Assembly (NCBI RefSeq): GCF_009914755.1
Contig: NC_060929.1
DNA length: 64,000 nucleotides
Reading direction: 5' to 3' (one strand)
Source: the human T2T-CHM13v2.0 reference genome, Homo sapiens
Below the pieces are notes generated by a model that was not told where the DNA came from, did not search any database, and worked only from the letters and a program-made list of their open reading frames with translations. Positions 53,880 to 64,000 of the stretch are shown one piece after another; the stretch's first letter is position 1; every line of letters starts with the position of its first letter. The position numbers were made by a program, and so were the translations under genes.

Positions 53880-55180
53880 ATTGTAAAAACTATAAAACTT
53901 CTAGAAGATAACATAGGAGAAAATCTAGGTGGCTTGGGTTTGGTGATAACTTTTTAGATTTAATATTAAAAGCCAATCCATGAACAAATTGACAAGTAGG
54001 ATTTTATTAAAATTAAAGACTACCGCCCTGAGAGGATACTGTTATGAAAATGAAAAGACAAACAATAAATTGGAAGAAAATACCTTCAGAAGATATTTGA
54101 TAAAGGACTATTATCCAAAATATGCCAGGGATTCTTAAAACTCAATAGTAAAGCAAATAATCTAATTACAAAATGGATAAAAGACCTGAATGGACACCTT
54201 ATCAAAGAAGATATATAGCTAGCAAAGAAGAATATGCTCAACTCCATATGTCATTAGGGAATTGCAAATTACATTGACAATGAGATACCACTAAATATCA
54301 ATTAGAATGGCTAAAATTCCAAACATTGACAACATCAAATACTGATGAGGAATGCAGAGCACAACAACACTTATGTACTGCTAGTTGGAAGGCAACATGG
54401 TATAATTGCTTAAGAAACAATTTGGCAGTTTCTGAAAAGCTCAACTTAGGCTTACCATATAATCCAGCAATCATGCTCCTTGGCATTTATCCAAATGAAT
54501 TGAAAACATACCTACACAAAAACCTGCACATAAATGTTCATAGCAGCTTTATACATCAATACCAAAAATTAGGTGCAACCAAGATGTCCTTCAATAAATG
54601 AATGCATAAACAATCTGTAGTACATCCAGACAATGGAGTATTATTCAGAGAAAAGGAAATGATCTATCAAGCCATGAAAAGACACATAGGAACTTTAACT
54701 GCATACTGCTAAGTGAAAAAAGCCAGTCTGAGCAAGCTACATACAACATTATTCCAGCAATATTACCTTATGAAAAGGGCAAAACAATAGAGGCAGTGAA
54801 TGATTGGTGCTAGCTAAGGGCCTCGGGGTAAGGAAGGAGGGATGAATAGATTGAACAAAGGGCACTTGGGGCAGTTAAACTATTGTATATGATATTGTAA
54901 TGATTTGTAGAACATTACTAATTTGCTAGAACCCAAAGAACTACATAAGACAGAGTGAATCATGATACTATGGACATTAGTTAACATTAAAGTATTCACA
55001 TTGTCTCATCAACCGTAAAAAATGTAGCACACTAATGCAAGATGCTAATAATAGAAAAAACCATGGGAAGATGGCGGAGGCAGAAGAGTGGCATATGGGA
55101 ACTCTGTATTTTACACTCATTTTTCTGGAAGCCTAAAATGGCTGTAAAAAAAAAGTCTATTTAAAAATTATATTTAAAAA
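53880..55180 (+). mobile_element. L1MC-like 3' end
   Basis: Peptide LPYNPAIMLLGIYPNELKTY; 3'UTR GGGAACTCTGTATTTTAC...AAAGTCTATTTAAAAA. Confidence 0.85.
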
Positions 55181-55289
55181 ATATATGTTGCACCAGCCCC
55201 TACAATGAAGGTATCAGCTTCACTATCATATTTATCACTTGCTTAGCACTAAAACAATATACTGCTGAGGAAAGAGAAGGAAAGATAAT

Positions 55290-55507
55290 CAGACAGACCT
55301 GTTTTTCAATTCCAGCTATGCTGCTTACTGTTCAGGTGATATTGGGAAAATTATATGACTTATCTGAGCCAATGTTTCTTCATGTGAAAAATAAACATTG
55401 TATACATGTATAACTTATAGAATTATTTTAGATATTATATGGGATAATATTTAAGTACCTAGTAAAGAACATGACACATATTATTAGTTACTCCATAAAC
55501 ATTAGCT
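55290..55507 (+). mobile_element. MIR
   Basis: CAGACAGACCTG...TTATCTGAGCCAATGTTTCTTCATGTGAAAAAT. Confidence 0.75.
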
Positions 55508-55508
55508 C

Positions 55509-55826
<318 letters not shown>

Positions 55827-56669
55827 AACATTAACGCTTTTATCTAGGTTAAATTGTTTCAGGACCTGTCCTAAGATTTTATGTCCTACAGAAGGTTGCT
55901 TTGACAATTTTTCAAAGTTGACAAAGGCAAAAAAAGCACTTAATTAATTTAAAATGTTATATTTTTGTGGAATGAATGAAATTAAAAGAACCTTCATTTT
56001 CAAAGCAACAGGAATTGACAATTTCAGGGTGGAGAGTATGGTGACTTTTATAGCCAGCAGGAGAAAGTGGTAAGAAAAGGAGAGTTATTAAGCCAGCACC
56101 TCTGAACACAGTGAAGCTGGTAGGCAAGGGAGAGAATAGAATCTCAGCTAGTTCTTCACGTAGAAATAAGCAACAGAATAAGAAGTTAAATCTATAAATG
56201 CTATCTTCCTTTATATAAAGCCTCAGGAGACTTCGTCAAAACTCAACTATTGCTAAGAGATTTTGAATGCCATGAACACAGTCAAAACAGGTTCTCTTCA
56301 TAGCCAATGCTGGAAGCTGAACTTTCTCCTGATTGGGCATCTTTTTTATTCTATATCCTGCTTTCCTCTCAGATATCCAGAGCACCTAATGTTACAAGCC
56401 CAGATTTGAGCATTACTCCCTGCCAAAAAGCTGAATCCCTTTAAATGCTCCAGATTTCTTTCTTTTTATCTCATCATTATTGTCATTGTCTATCTACTCC
56501 AAGAGAGTTATGTAAAGCAATCTTTAGATATTAGGAGCAATTAAAAAGAAACAAGGAAAAAAATCTGAAAGCTCCTCTCCATTTGAGAAAAACTCAGGTT
56601 AATTTTTTAATTAAATAATTATTTTTTCTGAAAGGGAAATGGCAAAAAAGATGTAAATATCTAGATGAA

Positions 56670-57151
56670 TGTATTAGTTTCCTATCGCTGCTGTAACAAC
56701 ACATTACCACATAATTGGTTAATACAATGCAAATTTGTTATTTTAAAGTTCTGTAGATCAGAAGTCTAAATAGGTCACACTGGTTAAAATCAAGGTATTG
56801 GCAGGGTGTTGCATTCTGGAGGCACTAAAGATGAATTTGTTTCCTTGCTTTTTCCAGCCTCTAGAGACTGATGATATTGCATGGCTCATAGCAATGGAAA
56901 GCTGAGTTCTTTTCATATGACATCACTGACACTGACTCTTTGGCCTCCATCTTCCTCTTTTAAGTTCCTTTCTGATCACATTGGTCTTGCTTGGCTAATT
57001 GAGAATAATCCTTTCTTTAGGTCAGCCGATTAGCAATCTTAATTGGAGTAAACCTGCTATCTTTACTCTTTGATATGTAAAATAACATATTCACAGGTTC
57101 TTGAGATTAGGAGATGGGTGTCTTTTGGGGACTACTATTCTGCCTACCACA
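56670..57151 (-). mobile_element. MLT1C-like solo LTR
   Basis: TGTATTAGTTTCCTATCGCTGCTGTAACAA...ATTCTGCCTACCACA. Confidence 0.88.
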
Positions 57152-58267
57152 GTAATGACAAGTTAGGGGTTGCTGCCTATATTATCAGAGATGAGTTAGC
57201 ACATGTATTATACTCTAATACCTCAGTCTTTTGGGGAGAAGAATAAATAAGCCCATTAACTTGATGGAGAGACTAGTAAAAGGTCTTTCAGCACATACTG
57301 CTCTGAAACTGTTGCCACAGAAGTTTGTGGCTGCAGGCAGGTGCACGTGACTCTTTGACATCAGTTTATAGCTATTGAATCTGTTTACGTGTTCTGGTGG
57401 ATATACTGCCTTGCTTTGACAATCTTTTTTATTTTTTTTAAATGAAGCAAATGTTAAACAACAAGTTTATTTCCAGGAGGCAGGTCTCTGCTTTGCATAG
57501 CCATTTGGAGGGAGTGAAAATAGACAAGAAGTCATAGCAAACAATCTCAACGAATCATCTGATGACAAGTGAATTATGTTATTTATGGGTGTGGATATAT
57601 TCGCAACTTCCTTAAAAATGCTTTGGTGTGAAAACATTGACCATCTGAGAAACATCTGAACCTGAGCTCTGGGCACTGACAATATCAGAGACTAATAAAA
57701 GGAAAGGAATGAAAAACAGAAATGTTTTGTTTCCCTTAAGACTGACCAACTCAGAATGGATTCTCTGGTTTCACAGACACATCATTCTGAGAATAGTAAA
57801 CCATAATTCATGGAGTTTTCACCCCTCCCAAAGCCTGTCTACAGACCAGGGGATGAATTGATTCACTTCTGAATATCCCTCATCAATCAGAAAGCCTTAG
57901 AGATGGAATTTAAACTGCCATATAATTTTGAGATTTATTCATTCACACCTAGGTTGGGATCTTCGTTTGCAAGAATGAGAAATTAATTGCGATGTCTCAA
58001 ATGTAGGATAATGAAGTTTAAAAATATCCACTACTTGTAAAGGTGTAATATGTTTCCTAATTGTGTCCAAAATGGAATTTTTATGATTACAGAGTCATTC
58101 TTCAATTCTCAACCTTCTGAAATAAACATCTGAATATGACTATAAATTCCCCATGGGTAAGACTAGGTCTTCTATTGTTAGTTATCTTTAAGCTAGGTTC
58201 TGGGCTCAATAGCATTGCCTTCTCTATTGCATAACCTTAATCATTATATAATGATGCCTCAGAAGAA

Positions 58268-58475
58268 GTGTTGTCCTCAAAACTGGCAAACTCCAGAATG
58301 TTTCACAGAAATTAATTTTCTGGGTGTTTGTTCTAACTTGCTGAATCTCTGACACCATCACCAGCAATTCTGATTCTTAAGGACTGGTTGGGTATAGGGA
58401 ATTGGCATTTTTAACAGATTTCCCAAGATATTCTAGTCATAGAGTTTTCTAAGCACACTTTTTTTGAGAAGTACA
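58268..58475. mobile_element. MER5-like hAT MITE remnant
   Basis: AATTCTGATTC...GCATTTTTAACAGATTTCCCAAGATATTCT...TTTGAGAAGTAC. Confidence 0.55.
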
Positions 58476-59040
58476 ACCCATGCCCTCTGAACCATTCTGG
58501 ATATGCGTTTGTGTGCATCCACTTTGCGCAGCCATCTTCATTAAAGAACACACTCTCACATCACACTCTGAGCCAATTAATCTCATTTCTCTAATCATGA
58601 GTGTTATAATTGTTCACTCTTCAAAGTGGCAAGAGATTTCTCAGAAACCACTTTGGTTTTTGCAGAAGCAGAATGACTGCCTCAACACTGATTTTGCTTT
58701 TGTAATGTGAGCAGAAGATAAAATTAACCTTTTGTTTTCTGGTTTGAGGCAATCATTTACCTCAAAAAGGAAAGTCATTAATATATACACTGAATCATTT
58801 GGATTGCTTACAAACTAAATAGATTTAGTAATTCAGATTTTCATGAGTCTTGACATTTTTCATGTCTAGTTCGGAGGTTGGATGGTTGCTGCAGGGGAGA
58901 AGAAATGGAATAAGAGTAGGTGAGGAGGTTTTTCAAGACATTTTATTTTAGGAAAGCTGCCTCTATTCCTGATATCAACTTGAGCATTCCAAGAACAAAT
59001 GGTTCTTAACATTCTGTGGGGAGTCAAGATTTCATTTAGG

Positions 59041-59358
<318 letters not shown>

Positions 59359-59499
59359 TCATTTAGGGATCTGATTAAAGATTTAAACTAGGTTACTGGA
59401 AAAATGAATGTAGGCACACATACAAACAAAGATTTTCCAGAAACTTCAGTCCATCATAGGCCACCCAAAAGCTCTTCTAAATTTAGAATGTATGCCTTC

Positions 59500-62400
59500 T
59501 CATATGGTTTGGCTTTGGGTCCCCCACCAAATCCCATCTCAAATTGTAATCCCACATGTCGGGGAAGGGGTCTTGTGGGAGGTGAATGAATCATGGGGGT
59601 TGACTTCCCCCTTGCTATTCTCGTGATAGTGAGTGAGTTCTCAGGAGATCTGGTTGTTTGAAAGTGTGTGACGCTTCCACTTCACTCTCTCTTTCCTGCT
59701 CTGCCATGGTAAGATGTGCTTGTTTCCCCATCACCTTCTGCCATGATAGTAAGTTTTCTGAGGCCTCCTAGTCATGTTTCTTAAGTGTGGAACTGTGAGT
59801 CAATTAAACTTATTTGCTTCATAAATTACCCAGTCTCAGGTAGTTCTTTATAGCAGTGTAAGAATGGACTAATACAGAAAATTCGTACCAGTAGAGTGGA
59901 ATACTGCTATAAAGATACCTGAAAATGTGGAAGCAACTTTGGAACTGTATAATGGGCAGAAGTTGGAACAGTTTGGAGTGCTCAGAAGAAGATAGGGAGA
60001 TGAGGGAAAGTTTGGAATTTCCTAGAGACTTGTTGAATGGTTGTGACCAAAATGCTGATAGTGATATGGAAAGTGAAGTCCAGGCTGAGGTGGTCTCAGA
60101 CAGAGATGAGGAACTTATTAGGAACTGAAGCAAAGATCACCCTTGCTATGCTTTAGTAAAGAGGCTGGTGTCATTGTGCCCCTACTATAAGGATCTGTGG
60201 AAATTTGAACTCGAGATAAATTATTTAGGATATCTGGTGGAAGAAATTTCTAAGCAGCAAAGCATTTAAGATGTGACCTGGCTGCTCCTAACAGCATACA
60301 GTCTTATGAATTCACAAAGAGATGGTCTGAAATTGGAAATTATGTTTAAGAGGGAAGCAAAACATAAAAGCTTGGAAAATTTGCAGCCTGAACATGTGAT
60401 AGAAAAGAACAAGCCATTTTCTGGGGAGAAATTCAAGCCAGCTGCAGAAATTTGCATAAGTAAACAGGAACTGAGTGTTAATAGCCGAGACCATGGGGAA
60501 AATGTCTCCAGGTCATATCAGAGACCTTCACAACAGCCCCTCCCATCACAGACCCAGAGGTCTAGGAGGGAAAAATGGTTTCATGGTCCAGGCCCAGGGC
60601 TCTGCTACTCTGTGCAGCCTCAGGACATGGTGCCCTGTGTCCCAGCTGCTCCACTTCCAGCTGTGGCTAAAAGGGCCCAAGATACATCTCAGGCCATGGC
60701 TTCAGAAAGTAAAAGCCCCAAACCTCAGCAGCTTTCATGTGGTGTTGGGCCTGTGGGTGTGCAGAAGGCAAGAGTTTGGGAGTCTTCACCTGGACTTCAG
60801 AGGATGTATGGAAATGCCTGGATGTCCAGACAGAAGTCTGCTCCTGGGGCGGAGCCCTCATGGTGAACCTCTACTAGGGCAGTGCAGAGGGGAAATGTGG
60901 GTTTGGAGTCCCCACGCAGATGCCCAGTGGGGTACTGCCCTAGTCGAGTAGTGAGAAGAGGGCCTGGTTCTCCAGACACCAGAATGGTAGATCTACTGTA
61001 AGCTTGCAACTTATACCTGGAAAAGCTGCAAGCACTCAACACCAGCCTGTGAAAGCAGATGGTGGGGTTATGCCGAGCAGAGCCACAGGGGAAGAGCTGC
61101 CCAAGGCCTTGGGAGACCACCCCTTTCATCAGTATGTTTGTGAGACATGGAGTCAAAGGAGATTATTTTTGAGCTTTAAGATTTAATGATTGCCCTGCTG
61201 GGTTTCAGATGTGTATGGGGCCTCTATTCCCTTTGTTTTGGGAAATTTCTCCTTTTCTGAATAGGAGCATTTACCCAATGCCTCTACCCCCATTGTATCT
61301 TGGAAGTAAATAACTTGTTTTTGATTTTTACAGGCTCATAGGTGGAAGGAGCTTACCTTGTCTCAGATGAGACTTTGGATTTGGACTTTTGAGTTAATGC
61401 TGGCATGAGTTAAGACTTTTGGAGACTACTGTGGAGTCATGATTGGTTTGGAAATGTGAAAAGGACATGAGATTTGGGAGGGCCCGGGGAGGGGGGGAAT
61501 GATATGATTTGGCTGTGTGTCCCCACACAAATCTCATCTTGAATTGTAATCCCCACATGTGGAGGAGGGGCCTGGTGGGAGGTGATTGAATCGTGGGGGT
61601 GGACTTCCCCCTTGCTCTTCTCATAATAATGAGTGGGTTCTCATGAGATCTGGTTGTTTGAAAGTGTGTGGCAATTCTGCTTCATTCTCTCTCTTCTGCT
61701 CCACCATAGTAAGATATGCTTACTTCCCCTTCATCTTCCACCATGATTGTAAGTTTTCTGAGTCCTCCCAGTCATGCTTTTTATTAAGCCTGTGCAATTT
61801 GAGTCAATTAAACCTATTTTTGTTTTAAAATTATTTTATTTTATTTTATTTTATTTTAAGTTCTGGGATACATGTGCAAGATGCATAGGTAAATGTTTGC
61901 CATGGTGGTTTCCTGCACCTATCAACCCATCACCTAGGTATTAAGCCCTACAAGCATTAGCTATTTATTGTGATGCTTTTCCTCCCTCTACCCCCCTGAC
62001 AGCCCCCAGTGTGTGTTGTTCCCCTCCCTGTGTCCATGTGTTCTCATTGTTCAGCTCCCATTTATAAGTGAGAAAATGCAATGTTTGGTTTTCTGTTCCT
62101 GTGTTAGTCTGCTGAGAATAATGGCTTCAGGCTTCATCCATGTCCCTGAAAAAGACATGATCTCATTTTTTTTTGGCTGCATAGTATTCCATGGTGTATA
62201 TGTACCACATTTTCTTTATCCAGTCTATCACTGATGGGCATTTGAGTTGATTCCATGTATTTGCTATTGTGAATATAGCTGCAATAAATATACACATGCA
62301 TGTATCTTTATAATAGAATGATTTACATTCCTTTGGGTATATACCCAGTAATAAGATTGCTGGGTGGAATGGTATTAGGTCTTTAGGTCTTTGAGGAATC

Positions 62401-62958
62401 ACCACACTGTCTTACATAATGGTTGAATTAATTTACACTCCCACCAACAGTGTAAAAGTTTTTCTATTTCTCCACAGCCTCGCCAGCATCTATTGATTCA
62501 TGACTGTTTAATAATCGCCTTTCTGACTGGTGTGAGATGGTATCACATTGTGGTTTTGATTTGCATTTCTCTAATGATCAATGATGTTGAGCTTTTTTTC
62601 ATAAGTTTGTTGGCCACACAAATGTCTTCTTTTGAGAAGTATCTGTTCATATCCTTTGCCCACTTTTTGATAAGGTTGTTTGTTTTTTTCTTGTAAATCC
62701 GTTTAAGTTCCTTGTAGATTCTGAATATTAGGCCTTTGTCAGATGGATAGATTGCAAAAATTTTCTCCCATTCTGAAGGTTGTCTATTCACTCTGATGAT
62801 AGTTTCTTTTGCTGTGGAGAAGCTCTTTAGTTTAATTCGATCTCATTTGTCAATTTTTGCTTTTGTTGCAATTGCTTTTGATGAATTAAACCTATTTTCT
62901 TCATAAATTGCCCAGTCTCAGGTAGTTTGTTATAGCAGTGTGAGAATGGACTAATACA
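59500..62958 (+). mobile_element. MSTA-like MaLR provirus (LTR 59500-59876, internal region, split 3' LTR 61500-62958)
   Basis: Two homologous LTRs ending GGACTAATACA; G-rich PPT before 61500; TSD CCTTC/CCTCC. Confidence 0.92.
61821..62883 (-). mobile_element. 5'-truncated L1PA (PA8-10-like) in the MSTA 3' LTR
   Basis: (TTTTA)n tail; peptide WIKKMWYIYTMEYYAA; perfect 15-bp TSD AATTAAACCTATTTT (61806, 62884). Confidence 0.95.
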
Positions 62959-63019
62959 CCTCCCTTCAGGGTTTTTTTTTTTTGCTACCACAGGCACTCT
63001 TACATTAGACCTTACACAT

Positions 63020-63152
63020 TGTAAAAACAAAATCATCTGAGGATAATTAACTATGTAGATCCCTGGCCTCCACCTAGATCGCTGCAATTATTTTAGGATC
63101 CTCAGGTAATGCTAATGCAGGTGATGCATGATCATAATTTGAGAAACAAGGC
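63020..63152. mobile_element. MER5-like remnant
   Basis: CAGGTAATGCTAATGCAGGTGAT...TTTGAGAAAC. Confidence 0.5.
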
Positions 63153-64000
63153 AGTGACACAGAGAGGAGGTAGCTCACTGATATAAACATTTAGTGAATT
63201 CCCACCTAATATGTACCTACAAAAATTAAAAATTAAAAAAAATAGTTGATGCAATCAACCCATTTTCCTTCACCAGGTGGAAACTCAGGCATGAAAAGCA
63301 AGGCTGGTTTTTTCATTCCAGACCTTGCTCTATCTGTTCTTCTGTTCAGCTTTGCCATCCTGGGACACCATTTTTATGTTTCTCAATTATAATTGTCCCC
63401 AGTGCTCATTTTACAAATTTTCCATGTAAAAGGTTAAGGATGATGTTGGGTAGACAGAGAAGTTTCTTTTTCACCCCAAACTCTCACAAAGTGGGCCTTG
63501 GGCCTATTGTTTTTCTGCAAAGGACCTTCTTTTCCTCCGTGTGTTCATGGACTGTACTGCCTCTAACTCAAAAGAGATAAAGGGAGAGAGTGTTGAAAAG
63601 AAGGGCTGCAGATACTCCTCCTCACCAGCCTCTAATTGTTTCCAGACAGCAAGTTGCTGGGATATTTTGAAACAGCGCAGAGGATTTTTCCATAGGTTGG
63701 CAGTAGCCATGGGTAAGCAATTCTCTACAGTTTTTGAGAGTTATGCTTGTGCCAGTGGATGAGAATAGTATAGAAAGATACAAAGGAAATTTGGAGTCCA
63801 ACCTGCCTGAGAGGCAGGCTCATAATTTGCTTCATTGATATATCAAGATACTAGTTAGAATACAATACAAACCCATTTACTCTACCTCGATCAAATCAGA
63901 CATGTGGCCAAAGAATTCTATGAACATATTTCAATATCAAATTAAAATTTTTTGTTTCAAAGAGCAAATGCACATTGCTTCAGTGGCATTGACCTCAGCA

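Noticed and set aside
63504-63710. 68-aa minus-strand ATG ORF as a gene
   Set aside because: Short, with no recognisable homology and no supporting promoter or poly(A) evidence.

Overview
This is primate (human-like) genomic DNA: AT-rich, CpG-poor and dominated by interspersed repeats. I see no convincing host protein-coding gene, RNA gene or CRISPR array, and nearly all supplied ORFs are fragments of L1, Alu, MaLR or ERV sequence. Main elements: (1) an ERV1-type LTR at 569-2572 whose interior is a degenerate 35-bp tandem array carrying AP-1 (TGACTCA) and GATA (AGATAG) motifs; (2) a nested antisense L1 pile at ~6.2-19.1 kb containing an LTR14B-like solo LTR, a full THE1D-like element and Alus; (3) an LTR22-like solo LTR inside a MaLR internal remnant; (4) a two-LTR, internally deleted HERV9/LTR12 provirus at 22419-29196 with TTAA target-site duplication (TSD); (5) a hAT-Charlie remnant; (6) an antisense LTR16/ERVL provirus carrying three MaLR solo LTRs; (7) a long sense L1M containing a twin-primed L1 insertion with a candidate 3' transduction; (8) an MSTA-like provirus whose 3' LTR is split by an L1PA. 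I found no demonstrably new biological system. The best candidates for follow-up are the AP-1/GATA array, an inverted ~75-bp local templated insertion, and the candidate transduction. Repeat subfamily names come from remembered consensus sequences and need RepeatMasker/Dfam confirmation. Boundaries without a TSD are approximate.
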